Part shown: positions 1 to 10,107 of the stretch, piece by piece
Position numbering within the stretch: the first letter of the stretch is position 1
How the letters are laid out: each line of letters opens with the position of its first letter
Assembly: GCA_027488905.1 (NCBI GenBank)
Contig: JAIYAT010000010.1
Location: forward strand, 213,061-277,060
Origin: Bacteroidota bacterium
Lineage (GTDB): Bacteria; Bacteroidota; Bacteroidia; UKL13-3
Length of the DNA: 64,000 nucleotides
Reading direction: 5' to 3'
The notes under the pieces: generated by a model
The model's database searches: none
Seen by the model: the letters and a program-made list of their open reading frames with translations, nothing else
Told to the model about the DNA's origin: nothing
Translations under genes and position numbers: made by a program

Positions 1-1662
1 ATAAAAGTTCGTGTAATTGATCCTTTTAAGCTTCCATTATCAGATTTTGAATTGAGGTTTAAAGATAGTTCAAACTCAACTGTTAAAGGAGATACTCTAA
101 CAGGAAGTGCCACCTACTGGACTTTGACCGACCTTACGAATGGGACTGTTTATAAAGGAGAGCGCACAATTAACTCGCAAAATGAACAAGTTTTCTCAGA
201 TTTAGGTTTTTCTATTTCTGTAGGCCAAGTAGTTGGACCTGGACAGCCAACCAACCAATTGGATCAAGACAATGGTTTTGTGAGCTCATCAATTAGTTTT
301 TCAAATCCTACCAATCGTTGGTTTAGAGGTGTAAATGATGAAATAATTGCTTTACCACCTTTCAATTGGATTAGATCTGGAAATACGGGTACTCCAACTT
401 TTGATAGACCTTGGGAGCATGACTTCGCTATTAACCGCGTGCCAGTTGACCCTAGAAGACAGTATAATAAAGTTTTAGATGGAACTTGGGCACCATATTG
501 CCTAGCGGCTAGTGCTGTTGCTCCAACTGCTGTTACTTATGGTCCAGCTTGGAGCCCAACAGGTGATGGTAAATTTCCTTCTCAAGACCATTCACTTGCC
601 GACTTGCAAAGCGTGCAATTAGTAATTACTGCTGATAAATCTAAATGGTCTCGTTGTATCGTGTTAGAAGCAGGTGAAAATGCTGCAACAAATATTGGCG
701 GTGCTCAAAAGTTTGACAGAAGAAGATCTCCTTCGGTAGGTAAAAATGGTAAACCTGATGGCGATGGTAACGGCAAAAGCTGGTTCCCTGGATATGCTAT
801 TAATAAAGAAACTGGCGAACGTTTAAATATTTTGTTTGCAGAAGACTCTTCTCTACCACTAGATAATGGTTCGGATATGATTTGGAATCCAACTTCTACC
901 CTGTTCCGTCAAAATCCAACTTCAGGTATTGAGTATATTTTTGGAGGAAAACACCATGTATACATTATGGGTACAAAGAGATTGGTTACCAATCCAAATC
1001 GAGTTGGACCTAGATACGATGAATGTAAACTCTATGATTCACTTTTCAACCTAATTGAAAATAACGTTCAAGTGCCATCTAATAGAAGAAATATATTCAA
1101 ACAACCAATGTGGGTGGGTATGACATTAACAGACCCTAAAACACAATTGGGTAACTTAAATGATAATGGTGGTGGCATTCCTTGTGATGTAACTATAGAT
1201 ATTAATGTTAAACGTCCTTATGCTCAGAAGTTCTCTTTTGATGCCTCAGCTGCTGATACAAGTGGAATGCCTTTGTATAGATTCTCTACTAAGAATCTTG
1301 CACCAGTAGTTGGTAATTCAGAAACTATGAAAACAGCGCTTGACTTGGTTTCTATTACACCAAATCCATATTATGCTTATGCTGGTTACGAAGATCCAAC
1401 CAACCAATTGGATACTCGTATAAAAATTATTAACCTGCCAAAGAAATGTGTTATTTCAATTTATACACAAGGTGGTTATTTGGTGAGAAGAATCAGAAAG
1501 GATGATGATTCTAGAACCTTCGTAGAATGGGATTTAAAGAATGATGCTAATGTGCCTATTTCTAGTGGTGTTTATTTAATACATGTTTACGCAGATGGCA
1601 TGGGTGAGCGAATCATCAAATGGTTTGGTATCATGAGACCTGTGGATTTTGATACTTTCTAA
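1..1662 (+). CDS. T9SS C-terminal-sorting-domain protein, 5'-truncated at window edge; probably PorU-like given position directly upstream of porV
   Basis: Reading frame is open from nt 1 (no stop before the listed ORF at 52). Last ~80 aa (…GVYLIHVYADGMGERIIKWFGIMRP) look like a Por_Secre_tail CTD. Followed by a PorV-like gene, as in porU-porV pairs of Flavobacteria. Confidence 0.5.
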   Translation: MKVRVIDPFKLPLSDFELRFKDSSNSTVKGDTLTGSATYWTLTDLTNGTVYKGERTINSQNEQVFSDLGFSISVGQVVGPGQPTNQLDQDNGFVSSSISFSNPTNRWFRGVNDEIIALPPFNWIRSGNTGTPTFDRPWEHDFAINRVPVDPRRQYNKVLDGTWAPYCLAASAVAPTAVTYGPAWSPTGDGKFPSQDHSLADLQSVQLVITADKSKWSRCIVLEAGENAATNIGGAQKFDRRRSPSVGKNGKPDGDGNGKSWFPGYAINKETGERLNILFAEDSSLPLDNGSDMIWNPTSTLFRQNPTSGIEYIFGGKHHVYIMGTKRLVTNPNRVGPRYDECKLYDSLFNLIENNVQVPSNRRNIFKQPMWVGMTLTDPKTQLGNLNDNGGGIPCDVTIDINVKRPYAQKFSFDASAADTSGMPLYRFSTKNLAPVVGNSETMKTALDLVSITPNPYYAYAGYEDPTNQLDTRIKIINLPKKCVISIYTQGGYLVRRIRKDDDSRTFVEWDLKNDANVPISSGVYLIHVYADGMGERIIKWFGIMRPVDFDTF

Positions 1663-1672
1663 TAATAGTTAG

Positions 1673-1700
1673 TCTGGAGGTTTTTAACCTCCAGATTTTT
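1673..1700 (+). terminator. Intrinsic terminator/attenuator between PorU-like gene and porV
   Basis: 8-bp stem tctggagg / cctccaga, 7-nt loop, then TTTTT. Confidence 0.45.
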
Positions 1701-1719
1701 AAAAAATAAAATTAACAAG

Positions 1720-2850
1720 ATGAAAAGAACGCTATACAAAATTGGAATTGGGATGATGCTTCTGGTATCCTCTCAAGCATTTGCCGGAAATCCAGATAGA
1801 TCTGGAGGAGCAGGTGCCACCCAACTTACTGTTAATCCATATGCCCGCTCAGCTGGTTATGGGGGTATTAACACAGCTTCTGTTAGAGGACTCGAGTCCT
1901 TCAATTTAAATATTGCTGGTTTAGCTTATGCGCCAAGTACGGAGGTTGTTTTTTCTAGAATGGCATTTCTACAAGGCTCTGGAGTTAATATCAATAATTT
2001 TGGTTTGGCTCAACAGGTAGGTGAAAACGGTGAAGGTGGGGTTATTGGATTAGGTTTTGCAAGTTGGGATTTTGGTGATATTCCTATCACTACTTACAGC
2101 AATCCAGATGGTACTTTACCTAGTTTTAGCCCTCAAGTACTAAACGTTTCTGCTGCTTATGCTCGTAAATTCTCTAACAGCATAACTGGTGGATTTTTAT
2201 TAAGGATTATTTCTGAAGGTATTCAAGATGTAAAAGCGCAGGGTGTGGCATTTGATTTTGGAGTACAATATCAAACTAACTTAAATCCGAAAAGACCCAA
2301 CGCAAAAATTAAGAAGGAGGATTTTAGATTAGGTATTTCTATGCGTAATATCGGAAGCGATTTAAAGTACGAAGGTGCTGGTTTATCTTTCCGCGCCATC
2401 AACCAATCTACTGGTGCAGATAGAAAGGCCTTGTTTGCAGCTGATAAATTTAACTTGCCAACACTCGTAAATATTGGTTTAGCTTATGATATTAAGTTAG
2501 ACCAAAGCAAAGATGTATATAACCATAAGTTAACTACTTCCTTTAACTTTAACTACAATGCCTTCCAATCTAATGTTTATGGCTTAGGAGCAGAATATTC
2601 ATATAAAAATATGTTTATGTTGAGAACTGGATACAATTATATTGGAGAAGAAAAGGCATTTAAGGATGATGCTACTAATCCAACTTACAATTCTCCAGTT
2701 TATGGAATATGGACGGGCTTTACCTTTCAATTGCCTGTTTCTAAATCAGGAACTGCATTTGCCTTGGATTATGCTTATGCGCCAACCAGATTTTTCAGTG
2801 GCATGCATGTGGTGGGTGTCAAATTAACTATTGGAAGTAAAAAGGGATAA
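1720..2850 (+). CDS. porV: T9SS outer-membrane beta-barrel protein PorV (LptO) family
   Basis: Signal peptide. N-terminal motif ARSAGYGG…NIAGLA matches the PorV hallmark (AR.AG.GG … N.AGLA). Length 376 aa. Sits directly after a CTD protein. Confidence 0.65.
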   Translation: MKRTLYKIGIGMMLLVSSQAFAGNPDRSGGAGATQLTVNPYARSAGYGGINTASVRGLESFNLNIAGLAYAPSTEVVFSRMAFLQGSGVNINNFGLAQQVGENGEGGVIGLGFASWDFGDIPITTYSNPDGTLPSFSPQVLNVSAAYARKFSNSITGGFLLRIISEGIQDVKAQGVAFDFGVQYQTNLNPKRPNAKIKKEDFRLGISMRNIGSDLKYEGAGLSFRAINQSTGADRKALFAADKFNLPTLVNIGLAYDIKLDQSKDVYNHKLTTSFNFNYNAFQSNVYGLGAEYSYKNMFMLRTGYNYIGEEKAFKDDATNPTYNSPVYGIWTGFTFQLPVSKSGTAFALDYAYAPTRFFSGMHVVGVKLTIGSKKG

Positions 2851-2874
2851 ATTTTCGTATTTTCGTACCATATC

Positions 2875-2916
2875 AGAAACGTTCCACTGCTCAAGTGGAA
2901 CGTTTCTTTTTATTTT
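2875..2916 (+). terminator. Rho-independent terminator after porV
   Basis: Perfect 14-bp stem agaaacgttccact / agtggaacgtttct, 5-nt loop, followed by TTTTATTTT. Confidence 0.8.
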
Positions 2917-2930
2917 AATGCAAGCAGCTT

Positions 2931-3404
2931 ATGTCAGAAATTAATTATGTAACCAAAGAAGGATTAGAAAAATTGCAAGCAGAATTGCAAGATTTAAAGT
3001 ATGTGCAAAGACCTTTTATAACCAAACAAATTGCAGATGCTAGAGATAAAGGCGACTTAAGTGAAAATGCCGAGTACCATGCTGCAAAGGAAGACCAAGG
3101 TTTACTAGAGGCAAAGATTGCAAAGCTGGATGATCTTCTCACTAAAACTAGAATTATTGACGAATCAAAGCTTAACACCAATCAAGTGATGATGTTAACC
3201 AAAGTGACTGTTCTAAATCATAATACTAAGAAAGAGATTGTTTATACACTGGTTAACGAAAAGGAAGCAGATTTAAAAACAGGTAAGATATCCTTCAAAT
3301 CACCTATTGGCTTGGCATTAATGAATAAAAAGATTGGAGATATTTGCGAGGTCACTATTCCTGCCGGTCAAATTAAGTTAGAAGTACTTTCAATTAGTTT
3401 ATAA
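2931..3404 (+). CDS. greA: Transcription elongation factor GreA
   Basis: 157 aa. N-terminal coiled coil with DLSENAEYHAAKE motif and a C-terminal FKBP-like domain typical of GreA. Confidence 0.9.
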   Translation: MSEINYVTKEGLEKLQAELQDLKYVQRPFITKQIADARDKGDLSENAEYHAAKEDQGLLEAKIAKLDDLLTKTRIIDESKLNTNQVMMLTKVTVLNHNTKKEIVYTLVNEKEADLKTGKISFKSPIGLALMNKKIGDICEVTIPAGQIKLEVLSISL

Positions 3405-3805
3405 TGGCTAGCATCTTTACTAGAATTGTTAATGGCGAATTGCCTTGCCATAAGGTTGCTGAAACCAATGATTATTTAGCCTTTTTAGATATAAGACCGC
3501 TAACCTATGGCCATACGCTAGTAATTCCAAAACAGGAAGTTGATTATATTTTCGACCTTGAGGATGAAACTTATTTAGGACTGCAAATATTTGCTAAAAT
3601 GGTTGCTAAGGCACTTAAAATTGTTACCGGACAACGAATAGGAGTTTGTGTAATTGGCCTTGAAGTGCCTCATGCGCACATTCATTTGATTCCTTTTACA
3701 CAAATGGAACAAATGAATTTCTATAATCCCAAGTTAACACTCTCACAAGAAGAATTAAGCAGTTTAGCAAAGAAAATACAGGATGAGGTTTTGAAAGCCT
3801 CCTAG
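3404..3805 (+). CDS. HIT (histidine triad) family hydrolase
   Basis: 133 aa with histidine triad HAHIHLIP. Start overlaps the greA stop (TAATG). Confidence 0.85.
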   Translation: MASIFTRIVNGELPCHKVAETNDYLAFLDIRPLTYGHTLVIPKQEVDYIFDLEDETYLGLQIFAKMVAKALKIVTGQRIGVCVIGLEVPHAHIHLIPFTQMEQMNFYNPKLTLSQEELSSLAKKIQDEVLKAS

Positions 3806-4402
3806 CTATTTTTTAATTTTCTCAGGATTATTACTTACAAAGACTTCCCAAGTGGAAGTCTTTTTCTTTTTGGTAGGAAGTAGCTTTTGTATTTTATTTT
3901 TTTCGGTTTGAACCAATTTATTTTGAACCAAATGGCAAAACGCGGCTGCAAGTCCGTCTGTAGCATCAAAATATTGGTTATCAAACTCAAAGTTTAATTG
4001 TTGTTGCAACATAGCAGCCACTTGTTCTTTGCTTGCATTACCGTTGCCTGTAATGGCTTGTTTAATTTTTTTTGGAGCATATTCTACTACAACTAATTCT
4101 CTGCTCATAGCCGCAGCAATTGCAACGCCTTGGGCTCTGCCAAGTTTTAACATACTCTGAACGTTTTTGCCAAAAAAAGGAGCTTCAATTGCCAACTCAT
4201 CAGGCTTATACTCGTCAATTAAGCCTACCGTACGGTCAAAAATCTTTTTAAGCTTTAAAGCATAATCGGCATACTTATCTAACTTTAATACCCCTAAAGT
4301 AAGCACTTCTGTATTTTTACCTAAAGACTTAATTATGCCATATCCCATCACTGTTGTTCCAGGGTCGATTCCTAAAATGATGCGTTCTTGTTGGGCTTTC
4401 AT
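3806..4402 (-). CDS. ruvC: Holliday junction resolvase RuvC
   Basis: N-terminus ILGIDPGTTVMGYGII matches the RuvC catalytic Asp-bearing motif. ~190 aa. Confidence 0.9.
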   Translation of the reverse strand: MKAQQERIILGIDPGTTVMGYGIIKSLGKNTEVLTLGVLKLDKYADYALKLKKIFDRTVGLIDEYKPDELAIEAPFFGKNVQSMLKLGRAQGVAIAAAMSRELVVVEYAPKKIKQAITGNGNASKEQVAAMLQQQLNFEFDNQYFDATDGLAAAFCHLVQNKLVQTEKNKIQKLLPTKKKKTSTWEVFVSNNPEKIKK

Positions 4403-4465
4403 GCGAGAAGATTTGTTTTAGGAGGCAGGGAGTTGTTTCTTTGTCAAACATAGCTATTCAATCCT

Positions 4466-5407
4466 TTGTTTCAAATCAAAACACATAATAAGTACTTAAA
4501 GCTCGCTAGAGTTCTATTAATGCTAGCGGTAAGTGGTTTTGTTTTTTATAAATTGTTTGTGGCATATGACATAGATCGTTTATTTAAGGATTTTAAAACT
4601 GAAGGCGCTTTTGGTTCAACCCAATACCTGATAATTGCCTTGCTTCTAGGTCTATTTAACTGGGCTTTTGAAGCGCTCAAATGGCAACGAATCATTCAAA
4701 AATATGAACCTATTAGTTTTTCTTTGGCTATAAAGGCAGTGTTCTCAGGTGCTACTTTAAGCATTATTACCCCAAACCATATAGGTGATTTTGCTGGACG
4801 GGTTTTGCATTTGCAGGTTTTAGATAAAATAAAAGGTTCTTTGGCAACTGTAATCGGACATACTTCACAAGTATTGGTTACTTGTATTTTTGGTGCCTAT
4901 GCCTTATGGTTTTTTGGTGATACTGTTTTCAAGCAGCAATATGTGCATGTTGTTGGAATTGTCTTTGTCATATTAGCCTTGCTTATTTATTTTAAAATGG
5001 GTTGGTTATATCAGCATATTTCTGGCGTAAAGTTTTTCTCTAAATTCACACCTTACTTAGATGTATTTGGAGATTTCACTAGTAAAGAATTGGGTCAAAT
5101 TTTGTCCATTGCATTTATGCGTTATCTAATGTTTACCTCACAATATTTACTATTACTTAAGTTTTACCAAGTAGATGTTCCTTTAGCAAATGCATTTGCC
5201 TGCTTGGCCGGAACTTTCTTTGTGCAGTCTGTTGTTCCTTCATTTCTATTATTAGAAATTGGTTTAAGGGGAGCAAGTGCCTTGTGGTTTTTTACACTTT
5301 TTAGCTCCAATGTAACGGGTATTTTATTAGCAGCCTATTCTCTATGGATGATCAATATGCTGCTGCCAGCATTCGCAGGCTTGTACTTCATTTATAAAGT
5401 TAAATAA
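4466..5407 (+). CDS. Polytopic membrane protein, flippase-like (lysyl-PG synthase TM-domain / UPF0104-like)
   Basis: ~8 predicted TM helices. Typical partner of a GT2 glycosyltransferase, and its stop overlaps the next start. Confidence 0.5.
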   Translation: MFQIKTHNKYLKLARVLLMLAVSGFVFYKLFVAYDIDRLFKDFKTEGAFGSTQYLIIALLLGLFNWAFEALKWQRIIQKYEPISFSLAIKAVFSGATLSIITPNHIGDFAGRVLHLQVLDKIKGSLATVIGHTSQVLVTCIFGAYALWFFGDTVFKQQYVHVVGIVFVILALLIYFKMGWLYQHISGVKFFSKFTPYLDVFGDFTSKELGQILSIAFMRYLMFTSQYLLLLKFYQVDVPLANAFACLAGTFFVQSVVPSFLLLEIGLRGASALWFFTLFSSNVTGILLAAYSLWMINMLLPAFAGLYFIYKVK

Positions 5408-6543
5408 TGCCAGTTTTTTTAATTATATCTTTGGTTTTATTAGGAGCTTATATGCTGCTTATCCTAACCTATGCTATAGGTTGGTTACTCATTAAGTTTC
5501 GGTTTGAACCAATCAAAGATGCAGCGAATACTTTTACCATACTAATTCCTGCACGCAATGAAGCACAAACAATTGAAGCTTGTTTAAGGAGCATCACTGC
5601 CCAAAATTATCCAAGGCGTAAGTATGAAATAATTGTAATTGATGACCATTCAGAGGATAACACACAACAGGTGGTTGCCAATTTTATAATGTCTAATGAA
5701 AGCTATACTATTTCTTTGTTGTCCTTAGCAAAATTGGCCCCAAAAGGAAATAAGAAGGAAGGAATAACCTTGGGTGTTGAATGGGCAAAATCACCAAATA
5801 TCATCTTAACGGATGCAGATTGTATAAGAGGAACAGAATGGCTTGGTGCCATAGATTTATTTATGCAAGAGAAGTCAGTAAAAATGATGTATGCTCCCGT
5901 TTTCTTTTCAGCTTCAAATGCCTTTGAGCGTATACAATCCTTGGAGTTTTCTGGTTTAGTAGGCATTGGTGCAGCAGCAATACAATTAAAGAACCCAAAC
6001 ATGTGCAGCGCTGCCAATTTAATATTTAACAAAGCAGCATTCTTGGAAGTTGGAGGGTATTCAGACAACATACATTTGGCCTCTGGTGATGATGAATTTT
6101 TATTGCATAAGATATTCAAAAAATACCCTAATGAGGTTTGGTTTTTAAAAGATAAAAGAGCCATTGTAGAAACTTCACCAAACGGTTCTCTGCAGCAGTT
6201 GGCGCAACAACGCACACGTTGGGTTTCTAAAAGTACCAAGTATGAAGAGCGCTATATCACCGCCATTTTGGTTGGTGCCTATTTGTTTAACTTTAGCATT
6301 TTATTCAATCTAATCTATGGCTATTGGAATCCGCTATACTTAAAAATTGGTTTGGTTCAAACCGTATTAAAAATGTTTGTAGAAGGACTATTTTTGTTTC
6401 AGATAACTTCATTTTTCGCCAAACGAAACCTCATGTGGTTTTTGCCAATTGCAGAACCTTTGCATATTTTATATGTTATAATAATTGGTATTTGGGCAAA
6501 TGTTAAACCTTATACTTGGAAGAATAGAACACACTTTAAATGA
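5407..6543 (+). CDS. Family 2 glycosyltransferase with C-terminal TM segments
   Basis: ILIPARNE…IIVIDDHSED GT-A motifs and a DxD region, then hydrophobic C-terminus. Confidence 0.8.
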   Translation: MPVFLIISLVLLGAYMLLILTYAIGWLLIKFRFEPIKDAANTFTILIPARNEAQTIEACLRSITAQNYPRRKYEIIVIDDHSEDNTQQVVANFIMSNESYTISLLSLAKLAPKGNKKEGITLGVEWAKSPNIILTDADCIRGTEWLGAIDLFMQEKSVKMMYAPVFFSASNAFERIQSLEFSGLVGIGAAAIQLKNPNMCSAANLIFNKAAFLEVGGYSDNIHLASGDDEFLLHKIFKKYPNEVWFLKDKRAIVETSPNGSLQQLAQQRTRWVSKSTKYEERYITAILVGAYLFNFSILFNLIYGYWNPLYLKIGLVQTVLKMFVEGLFLFQITSFFAKRNLMWFLPIAEPLHILYVIIIGIWANVKPYTWKNRTHFK

Positions 6544-6812
6544 TACACGAAATAGACGAAATTGCTTATGATATTTTGAATTGCATTTACTTTGTAGAGC
6601 CATTCGATAAAATACTCGAGGAAGTTGATTATCCTGCAAACATTGTTGCGGATGTTTTAAAATCTTTGATTCAAAGAAAGCTTGTAGTGGCCATGTTTTG
6701 GAATGAAGAACTGCAAGAATATAAGCGAAGCTTTATCTATGATTCAGACAACATGAATGCCTATTCTTATCTTGCTACCAAGGAAGGTTTGTTGGCGCAT
6801 AACTCTAGATAA
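6540..6812 (+). CDS. Hypothetical small protein (90 aa), translationally coupled to GT2 gene
   Basis: ATGA start/stop overlap with upstream gene. No recognisable motif. Confidence 0.4.
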   Translation: MIHEIDEIAYDILNCIYFVEPFDKILEEVDYPANIVADVLKSLIQRKLVVAMFWNEELQEYKRSFIYDSDNMNAYSYLATKEGLLAHNSR

Positions 6813-6815
6813 GCC

Positions 6816-7547
6816 ATGCTATCTAAACTAAATGGAATTATTCTTGGGCATATTCCATATTCAGAAAATAGCATTATTCTAAAATGCTATACCGATGCAT
6901 TAGGCATGCAAAGTTATATGGTTAATAGCATCAAAGGGAAAAAGTCGGCCATTAAGCCTTCCCAATTATTGCCACTTACTTTAGTTGAGCTTGAAGTTTA
7001 TTTTAAGCAAGGAAAAGGACTTCAGCGTATCAAAGAATTGAAAGTAGCTCCCATGTTAAACGAATTGCATTTTAGAATAGAAAAATCAGCAATTGCCATG
7101 TTTATGGCCGAATTACTTGGCAAATGCTTAAGGGAAGAGCAGCAAACTGATAAAGACTTATTTGATTTCTTAACGGCATCTATTCAAATATTAGACTTGA
7201 CCCAAACCGCTATTGCAAATTTCCCCATGGTGTTTATGTATCAATTGAGCAAGTATTTAGGCTTTTATCCTAAACCTAATTTCAGCACAGAAACGCCTAA
7301 TTTTAGTTTGATGGAAGGACTTTACGTTGCCAAAAGCAACTTTGGTTCAGACCATATTGAAATGCCTATGAGCGAAAAATTATTTAACTTAGGGCAGATA
7401 AATTATCAAGAAATGGGAAAGCTAAGTTTAACAAGCCAAGAAAGAAGGCAATTGTTAACTTATTTTACTCGGTATTACCAATTGCATGTAATGTTGTTTG
7501 GCGATTTAAAATCGCCTGCCGTGCTACATGAAGTGCTTAACACCTAA
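6816..7547 (+). CDS. recO: DNA repair protein RecO
   Basis: N-terminal OB-fold pattern (GIILGHIPYSENSIILKCYT) and length 243 aa are typical of RecO. Confidence 0.85.
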   Translation: MLSKLNGIILGHIPYSENSIILKCYTDALGMQSYMVNSIKGKKSAIKPSQLLPLTLVELEVYFKQGKGLQRIKELKVAPMLNELHFRIEKSAIAMFMAELLGKCLREEQQTDKDLFDFLTASIQILDLTQTAIANFPMVFMYQLSKYLGFYPKPNFSTETPNFSLMEGLYVAKSNFGSDHIEMPMSEKLFNLGQINYQEMGKLSLTSQERRQLLTYFTRYYQLHVMLFGDLKSPAVLHEVLNT

Positions 7548-7556
7548 CTTTGTAAT

Positions 7557-8471
7557 ATGAAAAAATTACTATTTTTCTTCTTATTATTTGCTCAGTTTCT
7601 TTTTGCACAAGAAGTCATTAAACACCCTCAATTGAAAGGGAAAGTATATCGGTATACAGATGTGAAAGGAACTGGACTGTTACCTAGAAATGTAGATGTT
7701 TGGGTACCTGCAAATTTTGATTCTAGTGGGCGAACACGTTACGCTGTTTTGTACATGCATGATGGACAAAATTTATTTTTACCTGGCTACGCCTTTGGTG
7801 GTAAGGAGTGGGGGATAGATGAGGCAATGGACAGTTTGTTAAGGCTTAAGCAAATTAGACCAACTATTGTGGTGGGTATTTGGAACACCCAAAGACGCTT
7901 TATTGAATACAATCCAGAGGATGCTTACAAGCAATTAGATTCTATTCAAAAGCAAAAAATAGATGCCGAAAGGCCGGGCGGCTCTCAAGCGAATGCTTAT
8001 TTAGACTTTGTGTTTAACACCCTCAAACCAATGATTGATAATGTTTTTCCAACTAACCCAGACATGAAGCAAACTTTTATGATGGGCTCAAGTATGGGAG
8101 GCCAAATATCCTTATATGCACTTTGCAAATACAGTAATCAATTAAAAAGTGCAGCTTGCTTGTCAACTCATTGGCCTATAAGCCTAAAAGAAAACAACCT
8201 CACTGTGGGGGCAACCTACCAAGATTATTTCATTAGGAACCTTCCCAATCCGCGCAACCACCAGCTATATTTTGACCATGGTACCACAACTTTGGATGCT
8301 TGGTATGAGGTGCATCAAGTTCGCATGGATTCTTTGTGCAGAGAAAGTGGCTATAATACCATCAAAAGTTTCTTAACACTAAAATACCCGGGTGCTCCAC
8401 ACAATGAAGAAGCGTGGCGCAGCCGGGTATCTATTCCCTTGTTGTTTATGTTGAAACCTAGTACTTGGTAA
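7557..8471 (+). CDS. Secreted alpha/beta-hydrolase, putative esterase family
   Basis: Signal peptide and GSSMGG nucleophile elbow. Enterochelin-esterase-like layout. Confidence 0.65.
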   Translation: MKKLLFFFLLFAQFLFAQEVIKHPQLKGKVYRYTDVKGTGLLPRNVDVWVPANFDSSGRTRYAVLYMHDGQNLFLPGYAFGGKEWGIDEAMDSLLRLKQIRPTIVVGIWNTQRRFIEYNPEDAYKQLDSIQKQKIDAERPGGSQANAYLDFVFNTLKPMIDNVFPTNPDMKQTFMMGSSMGGQISLYALCKYSNQLKSAACLSTHWPISLKENNLTVGATYQDYFIRNLPNPRNHQLYFDHGTTTLDAWYEVHQVRMDSLCRESGYNTIKSFLTLKYPGAPHNEEAWRSRVSIPLLFMLKPSTW

Positions 8472-10050
8472 GACCTTCGCGCATTTTTCTTGCGTTTCCA
8501 GAGCTATATCCAAAATAAATAAGAAGACCAAAAACCAGCCAGGCGAATGCACTAATGAGGGTTGGAACAGGCAAACTAATAATCATTGCTAAACAAATTA
8601 CCATTCCTAAAATTGGAACTAAAGGCACCAATGGTGTTTTGAATGGACGCACTAATCCTGGTTCTTTTTTACGCATGATAATGATGCCAAGGCAAACTAA
8701 AACGAATGCAAATAAAGTTCCGAATGAGGTTAAATCTCCTGCAACACTTCCTGGAATAAAGGCTGCAAAAGCTCCTACAAAAATTAGTAAAATCCAATTG
8801 GCTTTGTAAGGCGTTTTAAATTTAGGATGTAACTCGCTAAAAGCTTTAGGTAACAAACCATCTTTACTCATTGAGAAAAACACACGACTTTGGCCCATTA
8901 ACATAACCAAAATTACTGAAGAGAAACCTGCGAGAATAGCAACGGTTACACTTGTGCCAAGCCATTCGTATCCTTTCATATACTGTTGTATAGCATAACT
9001 AACGGAAGCTTCTTTACCCGCAGTTTTAAATTCTTGCCAATTGGCTACACCTGTTAAAACATGTCCAAATAGAATATAAAGAATAGTGCAAATTACCAAT
9101 GAGCCTAAAATACCAATTGGCATGTCTCTACTTGGATTTTTTGCTTCTTGAGCAGCAGTACTTACAGCATCAAAACCTATAAAAGCAAAGAATACAATAG
9201 CAGCGCCACCTAACACACCACCCCAACCATGTTGAAAGAATCCTGAATGCCCAATGGTATCAGCAGGAATCATATAAGGCTCGTGGTTAGCAGGGTTAAT
9301 AAATTGCCAGCCAATTGCAATAAATAAAAGTACAATAGCCACTTTGATAAACACAATGATTGAGTTTACCAATGCTGATTCTTGTGTTCCTTTGATTAGG
9401 AGTAGGGTCAGCAATAACAAAATAACTAAAGCTGGCGCATTAATAAATCCTCTAGTTACTTCAACCAAACTGCTAAGATTTTCTGGTAAATGCTCATAAA
9501 CTTCATCGCTTATCAACAGCTTTCCATTTGATACAAATCTTGCTTGGTCTGGCAAGGCTGCTATAATTTGGTCGATATTGGCTTGGCCAATTACTTTTTT
9601 AGAACTTTCTAACGGCGAGTGACACCATTCATAAGGGATTGCACCTCCAAGCAGGTTGTTGAGGTATTCACTCCACGCAATGGCCACAGTGGCTGCGCCT
9701 AGGGCATATTCCATGATCAAAGCCCAACCAATAATCCATGCTACTAATTCTCCCATGGTTACATATGAATAAGCATAAGCACTACCAGCAATTGGAATCA
9801 TGGATGCAAATTCGGCATAACAAATTCCTGCGAATGCGCAACCTACTGCTGCAATCATAAAACTCATTGTAACAGCTGCACCAGCTGCCTCTGCGGAAGC
9901 CGCTGCAGTTCTAACAAATAAACCTGCTCCAATAATTGCACCTACACCTAAAGCTACAAGATTGGCAGCGGTAAGCGTTCGTTTTAATTGGGAGCCATCG
10001 TGGTGTCGAAGTAAATCCTGTAAGGATTTTGTGTAGAAAAAATTTGCCAT
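8458..10050 (-). CDS. Amino acid permease (APC superfamily)
   Basis: 530 aa, 12+ TM helices, N-terminal GAGLFV motif of APC transporters. 3' end overlaps the convergent esterase gene by 14 nt. Confidence 0.8.
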   Translation of the reverse strand: MANFFYTKSLQDLLRHHDGSQLKRTLTAANLVALGVGAIIGAGLFVRTAAASAEAAGAAVTMSFMIAAVGCAFAGICYAEFASMIPIAGSAYAYSYVTMGELVAWIIGWALIMEYALGAATVAIAWSEYLNNLLGGAIPYEWCHSPLESSKKVIGQANIDQIIAALPDQARFVSNGKLLISDEVYEHLPENLSSLVEVTRGFINAPALVILLLLTLLLIKGTQESALVNSIIVFIKVAIVLLFIAIGWQFINPANHEPYMIPADTIGHSGFFQHGWGGVLGGAAIVFFAFIGFDAVSTAAQEAKNPSRDMPIGILGSLVICTILYILFGHVLTGVANWQEFKTAGKEASVSYAIQQYMKGYEWLGTSVTVAILAGFSSVILVMLMGQSRVFFSMSKDGLLPKAFSELHPKFKTPYKANWILLIFVGAFAAFIPGSVAGDLTSFGTLFAFVLVCLGIIIMRKKEPGLVRPFKTPLVPLVPILGMVICLAMIISLPVPTLISAFAWLVFGLLIYFGYSSGNARKMREGLTKY

Positions 10051-10107
10051 AAGATATTGTCAATTCTGTTTGGCAATATAAAAGAAATCTGTAAATTTCA
10101 AAGAGGC

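Noticed and set aside
5703-6239. 178-aa antisense ORF inside the GT2 gene, and similar antisense ORFs (8555-8809, 18135-18581, 25075-25374, 51511-51837, 2642-2827, 32645-32965)
   Set aside because: All lie inside or opposite strongly supported genes. They have no conserved motifs and are typical long-ORF noise for an AT-rich genome.
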